Shown here one piece after another: positions 12,060 through 25,829 of a stretch of 64,000 nucleotides of DNA (the stretch's first letter is position 1; every line of letters starts with the position of its first letter). Made by a program: the position numbers and the translations under genes. The stretch lies in NCBI RefSeq assembly GCF_009914755.1, contig NC_060933.1; one strand, 5' to 3'. Below the pieces are notes generated by a model. That model saw only the letters and a list, made by a program, of their open reading frames with translations. It made no database searches and was not told the DNA's origin. Source of the DNA: the human T2T-CHM13v2.0 reference genome, Homo sapiens.

Positions 12060-12534
12060 TGTTGTGGGTTGGCTTGTGCACCACCCCACAACCCCAAAAT
12101 AAGTATTTTGAGGTCCTAGCCCCCGGAACACATGAATCTGACCTTACTTGCAAATGGGATGTTTGCACATGTAATAAAGATAAGGTCATAGTGGATTAGG
12201 GTGGGCCCTGAATCCAATAACTGATGTTTTTATAAGAAGTCCATATAAATACACAAAGACACAAAGACACCCAGAGGAGAACACCAAGTGAAGATGGAGA
12301 AAGATTTTAGTGATGCATCTACAAGCCAAGGACCACCCAGGATTGCTGGTGACTATCAGAAGCTAGGAGAGAGGCATGGAACGGATTTTCCCTTAGAACC
12401 TCTGAGAGGAATCAACCCTGCTGACAGTTTGATTCCAGACTTCTAGCCTCTATAATATGAGAGAATAAATTTCTTTTGTTTCAAGGTATTCAATTTGTGG
12501 TACTTTGCCATGACATCCCTAGGAAACTATTACA
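12060..12534 (+). mobile_element. MLT1C-like (ERVL-MaLR) solo LTR
   Basis: TG...CA ends, ggattagggtgggccctgaatccaat and gagagaataaatttc motifs; TSD aggac/aagac. Confidence 0.88.
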
Positions 12535-13039
12535 AAGACCAAAGGGGTTTTAAACCCACAATATGGATGTTTATCTGAGAGGTACAGAGAACTATGAACT
12601 GAAAAAATGGGATATAAAATCCTTAAGCATGAGAGAAAATGGAATTCCTGATTGTACTCCATGGGCTAAAAATCAACAACCTTTAAGGTAGAAAATGAAG
12701 CCTCAGTACATTAAAATGTTTAGATTGACGTTAGCCGAGAGTATTTCCTGTCTGATGTACTGCCAGATGTATCAGTATTTATAAACTGAAAGACAGAGGG
12801 CTGGATATGGTTCATAAATGCAGCTACTCTTGAAATAATACACAATACTATTGGGCCAGAAATTCTGCAACAATTGGCAGAAGCTTGGTGTTGGTCTGTC
12901 CACTCCTGAGTGTAGATCATATGCAATTTCCAGCTATCCTGGGTCCCCAGTGGATGCATATGCCCTTAGACTTGATTCACTCTCTTTTGCGTTACGAGAC
13001 TCTTCTAGGTAAGTTTTGATAACCAGTAAACATGAATCT

Positions 13040-13545
13040 CATTTAATTTATTTTACTTTTTAAAACAACCCTGGAAGCAAGTATTATATTTTCTGTTATT
13101 TGTGAGGAAATTCAGAGGTCAAAAGACTGAGTAGCACAGCAGAGATGGCAGAAACTGAAAAGAAAGGGCAGAATTTTTAAGCATGGAGAGTACAAGGAAG
13201 GACATTCTGAGCAGAGGGGACAATGTTCAAGTAAAGTTACAGAGGAGAGAATTGACTGTCTTTGAGGAGGCCCCAGCTGTAGCAGACAGAATCTGTTGGG
13301 AACTGAATCTTGAACTAAAACGTGGAGGACTTTGAATACTATGTGAAGAATTTGGATTGAAATTGTGGGCAATGAGAAGCCAGAAGTCCATGTGGCACTT
13401 GTATGTATGTATGTTTGTATGTATTTGTGAATGTGCATTCAATTGTGTGATATGAAAGAGGGAAAAGAGTGGACTGACACAAAGATTAGAATTTCACTTT
13501 AAGGATTACTTTGGCAGCCATATATAGAATAGCTTGAGAAAAATA
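13040..13545 (-). mobile_element. MIR (~13040-13160) and L2 (~13190-13545) fragments
   Basis: MIR core tgaggaaattcagaggtcaa; L2 motif gggcaatgagaagccagaag. Confidence 0.55.
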
Positions 13546-13657
13546 CAATTTATGAGGCTTTCAAAGTGTGAGAAAAGAGGAGAGAATGATATTTTCTCAG
13601 AAATTGCTTACTGGAGCAGTTAGAGAGACAATCTACATGAATGACTGGTTTTATTTA

Positions 13658-13682
<25 letters not shown>
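13658..13682. repeat. (TG)12 microsatellite
   Basis: Read directly. Confidence 0.95.
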
Positions 13683-13688
<6 letters not shown>

Positions 13689-13976
13689 CACAGTAATGAA
13701 ACAAACAGATTATTTTGTAAATTTGGTGGGCAAAAGCAGCTGAGTTGTCCAAGTGTAAAACTGGATTTTGAAAAAATTCCACCTGTAATGTATAGGTTTC
13801 CAATCTAGTCTATCTCTTTTAATTTTAATAAGTCAACTGCCAAGTGACTTCTCCAGACACTATTGCTTACCATTAGCTTTTGTTTGGCCTTGGTAGTAAA
13901 GCATTAACCAAAAATATGGAAACATATTTTGGGAAGAACTAGTCTCCCCTTAATGTGATCTCGGTGAGGTGGTGTG

Positions 13977-14351
13977 TTTATTAATGTGTTTTCATACTGC
14001 TATACAAAACTGCCCCAGACAGGGTAATCTGTAACGGAAAGAGGTTTAATTGACTCAGTTCAGCATGGCTTGGGAGGCCTCAGGAAACTTATACTCATGG
14101 TGGAAGGTGAAGGGGAAGCAAGGTACCTACTTCACGAGGTGGCAGGAAGGAGAAGTGCTGAGCAAAAGGGAAGAGCCCCTTATAAAACTATCAGATCTTG
14201 TGAGAACTCAATCACTATCACAAGAACAGCATTTGGGAAACCATCCCTATGATTCAATTATCTCCGCCTGGTCTCTCCCTTGACCCAGGAGAATTATGGG
14301 AATTAGAATTCAGAGGAGATTTGGGTGGGGAAACAAAGCCTAATCATATAA
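13977..14351 (-). mobile_element. THE1D-like solo LTR
   Basis: gaggtttaattgactca..gaggcctcaggaaactta..gagatttgggtgggg; TSD gtgtg/gtgtg. Confidence 0.9.
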
Positions 14352-14509
14352 GTGTGTTAATTCAATGGGCAGTTACCTTCTACCAGTCCCACTAATTACT
14401 TTGACAAACAAAATATGGCAAGATGATTTTTGAGGTATATTCAAAACTAGTATTGTAGTTTTGCTTAGCATTCTGCTATAGAGTACTAGGAAAATAACAA
14501 GGAATTGAA

Positions 14510-15347
14510 ATTATGTGTATTTTTTTATAAAAAATACATTTTTGTTTTATTTTATTTATATTTTCCCAGCTTTACTGAGGTATTGACAGCTAAATATTGT
14601 ATTTGTTTAAGGTGCACAACATCATGTTTTGATATATGTAAACATTGTGAAGTGATTACCTCAATCAAGCTAATTAACATATCTATTACCTCACATGTTA
14701 TCTTTTGTCTTTTTAATAATAGCCAATCTAACAGGTGTGAGGTGATATCTCATTGTGGTTTTAATTTGCATTTCCCTGATGGTTAATGATGTTGAGCAGC
14801 TTTTTATATACCTTTGCCATTTGTATGTCTTGTTTAGAAAAAGTCTATCGAGGTTCTTTTCCTATTTTTAAATATTATTTTCCAATTTGGATGCCCATTT
14901 TGTTGTTGTTGTTGACCAATTTCTCTGGCTAGGATTTCTAGTACTGTGTTGAATACAAGTGGTGAGAGTTGACCTCTTTGTCTTATTTCTGATTTTAGAG
15001 AAAAAAAATTCAATCCTTCACCACTGAGTACAGTTTTTAGTTATGTACCTGACATACAGAGTACTAATGATGTTAAGGTACATTCTTTCTACTGTTAACT
15101 TATTGGGAGTTTTTACTTTGAAAGGATGTTGTATTATGTCAAATTCTTTTTCATCCTCTGTTGAGATGGTCATATGTTTTTATCTTTCATTGTGTTAATG
15201 TGGTGTTTCACATTTATTGATTTACATATATTAAACCATCCTTGCATGATAAACATGGATGAAAAAATTCTGAAGGAAATACTAGCAAATGGAATTCAGT
15301 GGCACATTAAAAGTATTGTGCATCATAATCAAGTCAAATTTATCCCT
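14510..15347 (-). mobile_element. L1MA9/10-like 3' end plus ORF2 pieces, with a ~100-bp inverted RT segment (15247-15347, plus strand)
   Basis: Old L1MA 3'UTR; plus ORF 15174-15389 contains MINMDEKILKEILANGIQWHIKSIVHHNQVKFIP, homologous to the L1 RT motif [23 protein letters not shown]. Confidence 0.8.
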
Positions 15348-15354
15348 TCATGTG

Positions 15355-18300
15355 ATTTAATATTTTCTTTATGTATTTTAGGGTTTTGATATTAGATGCA
15401 CATACATTTATACTTGCTATGTCCTCTCGATATATTAACCCCTTTATTATCATATAATCTTTTTTTGTCTCTTGCGGCAATTTTTTTACTTAAAGTGTGT
15501 ATTGTCTGATATCAGAATAGCCACTCCTGCTCTTCTTCAGTTATCATTTGAATTGCATGTCTTTTTCCAACCCTTCATTTATATTCTATGTGTGTCCTTA
15601 AAGCTAAAGTGAATCTCTTCTAGGAAGCATATTTTTGGATCATATTTTTTAATGTATTCGACAACTCCATATTTGCTGATTGTAGAATTTAATCCACTTA
15701 CTTTTAAAATAATTATTGGTAGGTAAGAAGTTACTCTTGCTGTTTTTAAAATTGTTTCATGACTGTTTTATAGTACTTTTTTTGCTTTTTTCCTCTCTTG
15801 CTGTTTAATTTTGTGATTTGACCATTTTTTTGTGGTGGTGTGCTTTGATTCGTTTCCCTTTATGTTGTGCATATTTTTATAGGTTTTTAACTTTTGGTTA
15901 CCATGGGGTTTACATGGAACATTTAAAAAATTAGAACAATCAATTTTAAGCTGATATCTTAATTTTGCTTGCATATAAAAACTCTTCATTTTTGCTTTTT
16001 CCCCCTGCCCAATTTATGTCATTGATATCACAACTTACAACTTTTTATATTCTGGATCTATTAACAAATTATTATAGTTATAGTTACGTTTACTACTTTT
16101 GTCTTTCAACTTTTATAATATAGTTAAAATTAATTTATGCACCATTATTACAGTAGTAGAGTATTCTGTATTTGATTATATATGTACATTTTTGCGAGTT
16201 TTATATTTCATATCTGTTCATGCTGCCTATTCGTTTCTTTTTATTTCAGGTTAAAGAACTTCTTTTAGCATGTTTTGTAGGGCAGGTTTAGTGGTGTCAG
16301 TTCATTCAGGCTGTTATAACAAGACTACCATAAACCAAGTGGCTTATAAACCACAGAATTTTATTTCTTATAGATTTAGAAGTGAGGAAGCCAAAGATCA
16401 AGGTGACAGCACATTTGTCATTCAGTGAGGTCTTGCTTTCCACTTCACTGAAGGCATCTTCTTGCTATGTTCTTACTTGGTGGAAGGGGCAAACAAGCTC
16501 CCTTGGGCCTTTTTTATTAGTATAAAAGAACTAATGTCATCCTTCAGGGCTCTGATCTCATGACCTAATTGCTTCCCAAAGTCCCTAATTTTTAATAACA
16601 CCCCAATGGAGATTAGTTTTCAACATACAAATTTTCAAGCCATATGAACATTAGACCATAGCAAGTGGTGATGAACGTCAATGAAGTACTTCATTGTTTG
16701 TTGGGAAGCATTTATCTTTTCTTTATTTCTGAAGGACAGCTCTGCCTTGTATAGTACTCTTAGTTGGTAGTTTTTCTCCTGTAGGACTTCGAATGTATCA
16801 TTGCTCTCCGCCTACAGAGTTTCTACTGGGAAATTCACTGAGATCTCAGGAAGGTCTCAGTTGTATGTAATGAGTCACTTTTCTGTTGCTGCTTTCAAAA
16901 TTCCTTAAATTTTTTTTTGACTTTTGGCAATTTGAGTATAATAAGTCTCACTGTAGATCTCTTTAAATTCAACCTAGTTGAGGTCCACTTGGCTTCACGA
17001 ATGTGGATGTCTATTTTGCTCCCCAGATTTGGAAATTTTTAGCCATTATTCTCTTAAATAATCTTCCTCCTTATTTCCCTTTCTCTTCTCCTTCTGAGAC
17101 TCCAAAGATGTGTATATGGGTTGCTTGATGGAGTCACATGAGTCCCTTAGACCTTCTTCACTATTTTTCATTCTTTTTTCTTCTCTGACTGGATAATTCC
17201 AAATGACCTGTCTTCACAATCACTGATTTTCTCATATGGGTAATCAAGACTGCTATTGAATTCCTCTAGTAAATTTTTCAGTGCAAATTTTGTATTCTTT
17301 GGTTATGGTATATCTGGTTAGTTTTTTTAAAAATCATTTCTATATGTTTTTGTACCCATTTTGTTCACATACTGTTTTCCTGGTTTCACATAGTTTTACA
17401 TCTCTGTTCTCTTGTAACTCACTAAGCTTTTTAAAGATGATTAATTGGAATTCTTAAGAAATTCACGGATATCCATCTCTTTTGGGTTGTTTATTGGAAA
17501 TTTGTCTTAATTTTTGATTATGTTGTATTTTATAGATTCTTCATGTTCTTTGCATGTTTGCTTTGTTGTTTGCACATTTGACAAAGCAGCTACCTCTCCC
17601 AGTCTTTATGAACTGGCCTTGACTGTGAGATACCTTCACTTTTCAGGAGTACTTTATATGAGTCGTGATGGAGACTAACTCCTTGAGGAGTACACTGTAA
17701 GGCTGGGGACAGAGTCCCTTCCACAATCTTTCCTCACTCCTAGAGGAAAAGCCTTAGTGCCAATCTCACAGAGAAGTGCTAACTATAAAAGGATGTCCAT
17801 CCCTTTTCTTTGTTCCTAGCTATCCCAGGGAATCAAGCTCTGCTGGCTATTTTGTGATCAATATGAGGCAAGATAGTAACTGGCTCTATAGAGGGTGCTC
17901 TGAAATGTTGGGGCTAAGCCCCCTTCACTTTGTTCCTTTCCTCCTGGAGGAAAAACCTCAATTTTGGACCTATTCTAATTCTTACAGTGCAGCTCCAGCT
18001 ATAAGGAAATGCTTTCCTCTTTATTTGTTCCAAGCTGTCCCAGATTACCAAGCTTTGCCAGTTGTTCAATACTTGATATGAAGTGAGCTAGAAACTAGCC
18101 CCATGGAGTGTGCTTTGAGATACCAGGAGGACAGTTGTCCAAGTGCACATTCTAATTCCACTTTCCCCATGTGGGAAAAATCATGAGCTGAGGCAATATT
18201 CTTGGCACTGAGATAAGCCAGTTTAGGGGAGGGTTGATGCAGGTAAAATGAAATTGTTCTTCTTATCTATAAATGTGACTGTTTTCCAATTATGTTCCTC

Positions 18301-18432
18301 TGAGGTACTTCTACTTACCTGGATCCTGAATTGGACTTCAAGGTGTTTGTTACCAATATCATTGTTATACTGGTATTTCTGTAGAGGAAGAAGAGTTAGG
18401 GCTTTCTACTCTGCCATCTTGCCGATGTCATT
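15355..18432 (-). mobile_element. Old L1M 5' part (5'UTR, ORF1, ORF2 endonuclease), interrupted by MLT1A
   Basis: EN-region homology near 15370-15700, ORF1-like 16700-17600, and the L1 start motif CAAGATGGC (YY1 site) on the minus strand at ~18413-18421. Confidence 0.75.
16295..16663 (-). mobile_element. MLT1A-like solo LTR inserted in L1M
   Basis: MLT1A motifs; perfect 5-bp TSD AGTGG (16290-16294, 16664-16668). Confidence 0.88.
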
Positions 18433-18439
18433 CACCCAG

Positions 18440-18875
18440 ACATTTTATTTCAGAACAGTTTTAGACTTACAGAAAAATTGCAAGAATAGTACAGATAGTA
18501 CTTAGGTGCCCCTGTTATTGACATCTCATATTCCTATGGTACATTTGCTAAAATTGATGAACCAATGTTAATATACTATTATTAAATAAGGTCTATTATT
18601 CAGATATTCTTAGTTTTTATTGCATGTCCTTTCTCTGTTCCAGGAATCCTTCTGGGAGAACCCATTATATTTAGTCATCATGTTTCCTTATACTCCTCTT
18701 GATTGTGACAGTTTCTCAGAACTTCCTTATTTCTGATGACCTTGACAGTTTTGAAGAGTACTGGTAAAATATTTTATAGAATGTGTCTCAACTGGGGTTT
18801 TTCTAATAGTTAGACTAGGGTTATGTGTTTTGAGGAGGAAGATCAGAAAGGTAAACTGTCATTTTCATCACATCT
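18440..18875 (-). mobile_element. L1MC/MD-type 3'UTR fragment
   Basis: ttttagacttacagaaaaattgcaagaatagtacaga start typical of these 3' ends; related pieces at ~49815-50005 and ~60535-60725. Confidence 0.75.
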
Positions 18876-20115
18876 ATTTATAGTAATATTCTAAAAAGCT
18901 CATTGCTTTTTTTCTGTTCATTGCATGCCATTTTTATGTTTTTTTTTTTTTTTTATTGCTCCAAAACAAAGGTATTTACGCAATTACTAAAACTCTGAAA
19001 GTTTTTTTGCTGCTTCACAGTGTGGATGAATAGTTGATAAATACTTTGAGTGAAGCCTGACTGGTGTCCTACTGAAACACACGTGGAGTCCCTGGCAAAG
19101 AATGACCTCTATGATTTTTGAAATCTTAAGACGTTAGGGATCTAAAAGCTGCCTTTTCAAAGCTACAAGCAGTTTGGAGCTTTCAGCACTGAAGCCTGCA
19201 ATTGATCCTGAGTGGAAAGTACCATAAGCCAATACCTCCATTTCAGAGGTTGAGCTATGAGGTTGGGAGTGCAAATGTGGTATTTATGAGTTTAATTCTC
19301 AGGATTCTTTCTTTCTTTCTTTCTTTCTTTTGGTGGAAAGGAAAAAAAAGGCTTGTTGGCTTTTTATGTATTTAGAGTGCACTCTTCCATATGCAAACCA
19401 TGCTTGTCCAAATAGAGTTGTGGATGATTTTCATTTGTCCCAAATTAGTGGAAGATGAGTACAGATAATGAGTATGTCATTTTTAGTGGAAGATGATGAG
19501 AACTGAAGGTTCAACTCACTCATGCTGCAGTGAAAACTATAGTAAAGGAATTGGACTATCAATGGGCTACATACAGATTATAATAGTGAATAATAAATAT
19601 TTTAGAGCAGAGTGATGATGGACTATGGTTTGCATATTATGATTTTGAAGACATAAACTACACCTATAACTAAGTAATGGGTTGGTAGAAGGTGAATAGT
19701 ATATTTATCTTTAATCACGAATTTATGAGAAGTCAGATTCCTCATATCCTATGCTTCAAACTCAGGATTCCATTAAAGGCTAATAAAAGAATTTGAGTAT
19801 TGCCAGCCATGATTCCTGTCTTTAGCAGTCATTCCTGATGCTCACTAGTGACCATTGGCTGGCCCAATGAGAAAGGGTAGCTCTTGAATGGTGTTGAGGT
19901 CAAACGGTGTGTTAAGAAATTTCTCCTCTCTTTGTGTACTTTGAAGCTTGGTTTCTGAGATTAAATGTAACCAAAACACTGTTAGTGGTGGTGGATTAGT
20001 TGGATTCAATATGAGAAACACAAGAGATAGGCAGGATGACTCTCACTAAAGGAATCAGAGGACTGTGAACTGCTACATATAACATACAGATCTCTAAGTT
20101 ATTCTTGAGCTATAC

Positions 20116-20404
<289 letters not shown>

Positions 20405-20559
20405 AAGCTGTACTTTTTTTTTTTTTTTTAAAGCTTCAAACCTTCAATATTTCATTAAGAGTTACAGTTTGGTTTCAGTCATTCTGAGGAAAATTAAGGA
20501 AGGGGCTTGGCCCATACCTGGTAAAAGAATGGAAGGAACCAATTTTTAACCATTTGGAC

Positions 20560-20804
20560 CAGTGATTCTCAATGGGAGTGCTTTTTGTCCCCCAGGAAAC
20601 ATCTGGAAAGGTATAAGAGATATTTCTGGTTGTCACAATTTGTGATGGGGGAAAAAAGAACTACCAGTATCAGGGGGATACAGGCCCGGTATCAGGTGGA
20701 TAGAGGCCTGGAATATTGCTAAACATTCTACAGTGCAAAGACAGCCTTTCACATACAGAACTATCTGGTCCAAAATGTCAATAGTGCTGAGGTTGAAGAA
20801 CTCA
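20560..20804. mobile_element. MER20 (hAT-Charlie) with a small internal duplication
   Basis: cagtgattctcaa terminus; ggttgtcacaa and ccaaaatgtcaatagtgctgaggttga motifs. Confidence 0.88.
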
Positions 20805-21769
20805 ATATTTTATATGTTTTCAGGGAATTTCTATGTGGGCTTGGGAAAGTTTGAAGTCAATTGTCATTTGTATATTTAAAGGGATATATTTTATCATTAG
20901 TCTATAAATTCCAGTTGCAAAGTAGAGGCCCTGCACATTTGTGCACATATACACACACCAGAAATAAACTCTCTTGCAATTATCTTCTCTATCATTGACA
21001 GGGCAATGACCTATGAAAATTATGTTATGTCTAATAGTCCCTCATTGTTATGTGCAAAACACCCAGCAAAGCTCAAGTTAAGGTTGTGGTCACAAAGAAA
21101 AGAGCTATCATTGCTTTATGGTGTTGTCTGAAGTTAATGATTTGCTTTGTTTTGAAGCTTACTTTTAAAAAATTACTTATCAAGTTATATCTTTATAGTG
21201 CGTTAAGCCTGGGTGGTTTGTGTTATTATTATACATGTTGAATTTTAGTGATTGACTGCAGAATACAACGATGCCATCTCGGGATCTTCTATAAATTGGC
21301 AATAAATATTATTGAAACAGTTTTGGAATTAGAGAAAAAAACATTCTCTAGAATAAGACCTTCTAATGAAACTCATTCTTCCATCTTGATCAACAGCAGA
21401 AGTAAGGTTTTTATTTACATGAATGGTTACTAGAATTGTAGAAGTTAGTCTAGTGCTATTAATTATTTGATCAGTTTTACCTATCAATAAGTTTATTCAT
21501 TTTTATGGTCTAATTTTAAATGTATTAGAATAGAAATGCAACCTTATGTTCTGCTTCAAGTTATGTGATGATAGTAACAGCAACGTTAGGGAAGTCATCG
21601 TGTAATTATTTAGAAATAAAAAAGAAATTTTAGAGCCAATACAGATCTCTCTTTTTTTTTTTTTCTCCCTGGCCTGAGATAGCATTTTCAGAAAAAAATA
21701 GCCCCAAATGCTATGACTGTTAAAGTAGTTTGGTAGGCCATATTGCGACTCTCCTGGTGGTAAAGAAGC

Positions 21770-21955
21770 TGCTGTCATGTGACAGGTCTCCCATGGATAA
21801 CCATTACCTCCTGTCAATGAGAAATGTGAAGATTAAAAACAGTGTCACCAAACACTGACATCATCCTGCATTTTTTATTTAAGAGCTGCTGAAAGATTTC
21901 CTGCTGGCTGACCAAATATGTGAACAGCTGGCTCCTGACCATAATCTGTCACTTG
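21770..21955. promoter_or_regulatory. Candidate enhancer: six TGACA/TGTCA motifs, GTCATGTGAC and CAGCTG E-boxes
   Basis: Motifs read directly in non-repetitive sequence; function is inferred. Confidence 0.4.
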
Positions 21956-24900
21956 CAGCACATTTCAGACTGCCCATTTAAGAGCAACATAACATCCTTG
22001 GGACCTTCAAGCTAGTCAAAGGGGCAGAAGAACTTAAAAGGAAGCACAAAGCTAGCCAAAACTATGAGTAATCCAAAGACCATTAAGTGGTTTGTGAGTA
22101 TTAAGTATGATAGGTGAAGGCAAATACTTGAGACATTCAAACTTTTTTTCTAGTCATGGGTTATAAATCCTGAGATTGGAGTTGGTCATTGGGAATGTAA
22201 ACTCATATGAGTGACTAAAGGGAATTATGTGATTGCTTTGTATTCAATTTTCAAAAACAGTGTCCTAGATATGCTTGCTTATTTATCTAACTGTCTAAGA
22301 ACCTATCATATCTTTAAGACATTTATAAATAAAAAAGGGAATGATTGTTTCATTCTTTTCTTATGACCACAAATTAATCCTACTCTCCTCGATCAATCAG
22401 CGATCAGAGTGCCAGTTTGGCTGATATCCGTATAATAGAAAGTCTCATTTGAATTGATTGATCAGCTGGATAAGTTAGATAAAATGCAGTCTGCTTTTAT
22501 TCATCTTCCTGTTTAATAATGAGCTGTCTGGAACTTCCACTTCTTTGATATATGTTGTATTCTAATAAAAAGCAATCAGCTGCAGAATTTGCTCAATTCT
22601 GTTCTCTGGATTCCCTGATAACACCTAAGTTTTCTTGCTTATCATTATGCTGTTAAACTACTCTCTATTGAATCAAGAAGGATATAAGCTCCTCTTAAAG
22701 TGAAATTTTCCAAAATGTTGAGATTTCATTCACAGCCAAAATAGGAGTGACCTTCTTTGGCTGCTTTCCCAAAGTCAACCTAGAAAATTGCCATCTACCT
22801 GGCACCCAAAATGAGACTGGAAGGGTAGATAAGAGCTCATTTATGAAAGGCCTTGTTTTGCCAAGATACAATGCTTGGATCCTTGTCTACGTGACAGGGA
22901 GCCAGAAGGTTTTAAGAGGGGAGTGATATAATTCATTTCTTGTTGGAGTAAAAAATTACACTGATAAAACCAGAAAACAGCTATTTGAAGTAGTCAATTA
23001 AGGATTCCTCAGTGATTGAAAATACATTGTATCTGGAATCCCATCCCCCAATTTGTCAGCAGAATGAATATATTACCACTTCAACCATATTATACACTTT
23101 CTTCCATCAATAAATAATATTTGAATACAGAGCAGAAAAATACATGGGACGACAAATCTTATCAAGGTCTTGTATTAAGTAAACAAACTAACTTTTCATC
23201 TTTCACTTTATTCTACATCTATTTAGTTCACTGTCACTGATGGAAAAAATCTGCTTTTTAGAAGGGTGTTAAGGAATATAGAAAGGTTGAGTGAGAAATA
23301 AAAAATTTGATATGATAAAGGAAGAAGTAAAGTCTCTAATAGATCCGTATTACATATATGTTTATGGCTTACAATAAAGAGTTCTGAGACAATTAAAGTA
23401 CCTGAACATTTGAAAATCTTAATATTTTTCCGTATTTATCTTGCCCCTCCAACAAGATTGTAGGATTCTTAGAGGCAAGGCCATGTTTTTGTATATGTTT
23501 ATCCCTCACTGTGTGTAGCATTGTGCATGACACACAGAAGATATTCTGTAATTACTTGGTGATTGACAAATTCTTCTTTATTTGTGATTTTTTTTAGCAC
23601 TGACGGTGAACTAGATGCTGTGGAGGACTGAAAATGATATACAATATAACCACTGCCTCTTAGGTGTTAAACTTCTCCCAAATGGAGTAGAACTCAGAGA
23701 GGCATATGTACTTTAAGGTCACATAGCATAGTAGTAATATCTGTCTCTCTTTTCTCTATAAAGAAAATATGAGAAATATTCACAATAGCAAATATTTTTG
23801 AGAGATCGTTGTGAACCTAGTGAAATTTTTTTATGCCATATGCATTGCATGCTTACATTTCATTTAAAAATACAGCACATCAGTGTGCCCACTTAATATT
23901 TGAGGAAAGAATTTGTAATAATATACGCCCCAAATTGGAAATTCTGTAAGAATTTGATTATCTTCAAAATAAACGGGATGGATTTTTTTATGTTGGTATG
24001 TTGCCATTATACCTTCTTCCTCTACCAAGTCAACTCAATTCATTGAAATATCCCAAAGGAACAGTTGGAAAGAACCTTCTAGGGGATTGGATGCAATTTT
24101 TCTGAAACAGAAGGTTCCACATTTACCATCCAGCAAGAAAAGGCAAGAACTCTTTGGGCAACTGCTCTCTTTGCTGTTGATGCAAGCTAAGACATGCTTT
24201 GTTGAGTAAATCTTGGGAGGATTTCAGATCCTTTTTCAAACTATGCTGGAATTTTTGCTTCCTTTTCTAACTATATTGGATTGTGTAATGATAACTTTTA
24301 AATGAATCATTATAATACAGGGACATGTCCTACAAATTTAATAATGGTCACCATGAAGAGCAGTATGCAATAAGGTTTCCTCAGCAGGGACATATTCTTT
24401 CTGAAAGGGAAATTTAATTATGTAGCTTGACTACTGTGTAATTCAAACCCTAGCTATTGCAGCTCTTTTATAGTACACAATGGTCTTAGTGGCAGACAGA
24501 AGAACGACGGTTACCACCCCATACGCAAACTCAGAAAGCTGAACTGCCCAGTGTCTTGCTTTTGCTAAATTTTTGAATTAATATACAGCTCTTTAGGCAT
24601 TCCTCCCTTATAAACCATGTATGATAGAAGAAAGCCATGGGGATTTTAATTATGTGTTAATTGTATGCCATTTTCTTTTTCTTGCATTTCGTCTTCCATC
24701 TTTTGGTAAAGTGAGGGAGTCAGAAATGGAAAATATGGAGTCAAACAACTTTGCATGAAGGGAAACACAGGATGACTACAAAAACTCCCTACCAATCCCC
24801 CTGAAGCTATTACAAAAGTACTTTGGGTGCCTAGAAAAAAGTACTATATAAATCCATGGTTCTTGTTATTACCGTGGAGGTATACTGTAGCGTAGTTAGC

Positions 24901-25164
24901 CTGTTGAAAGGGTAGTGATTCCATGGAAGATGATGGGATGGAAATAGGAAGGTTGGGGAAAATATTACTGGAATAATAGGGAGTGTCCAGTAGATTTATT
25001 TTAATATACACTATTTTTGTTGACTTTCCTCAGTTGATGATAGCAGGAATAGAATGAAGACCTTAAGATGGGTTTGCCCAATCAATTGAAAACTAGTTAG
25101 CCTGGCTTTTTGAAATCCTTAGTTGCTATAGTAAAGGATGTGCATGAGTCTGTTATTTTTCTAC

Positions 25165-25400
25165 ACATGTAGTATTGAATAGTAGAAAAAGCAATAAACC
25201 CAAAGTTGAAAGATGTGGATTCTAGAACTGCTACTCAGATCCTGCTACTTCCGAGCTGTGTGGCTTTAGCTCTGATAGATAATATATAAAATGGGGAGAT
25301 GAAAAGGTAGTTTCTGCCTACCTTTGTAGGTCCTTACTGAGGTGTCATGTTGATTCTATGAGATATTAAATTTGGGAATAATTTATTATGTATAAAGATC
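25165..25400 (+). mobile_element. MIR
   Basis: atgtggattctaga..ctgctacttccgagctgtgtggcttt..taaaatgggga. Confidence 0.55.
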
Positions 25401-25829
25401 TAAGAAATATGTGACAATATTGTTATTAACTAAGGAGAGAAGAGTGCTTAGTGTAAAATTAAAGCCTTGCGACTCTCAATCCCTGAAGAATGCATACATA
25501 TTCTGTGCCTTTTTGCTGAGAAGGGGAGAGAGTGCTAATTTATTTACCTTGGCATTTTCTTGTGCACAAATGTCACCCCTCTCCATCCAAAAAATATGCT
25601 TGCTGGCATTTCTTGTAAATTGCTTCTTATTCTAGCTGCTGAAGTGAGACCAAAGGACATATATATATATATATATATAAGTTTAGACTATTTTTGATAT
25701 TTTTAGTGTTATATAATCATTGTACTTTTCTGTATAAAGTAGGTGACAAAGCAGGAAGTAGTTTAACACTCTTGGCCCCAGGATCTGAGAAAGCTGCTTC
25801 CTAAGTCTTTTGATTGAGACAATCTTCAT

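Noticed and set aside
19445-19520. ATGATGA..CTGA as a C/D snoRNA; 14-bp repeat ttagtggaagatga
   Set aside because: Boxes too close and no terminal stem; just a small local duplication.
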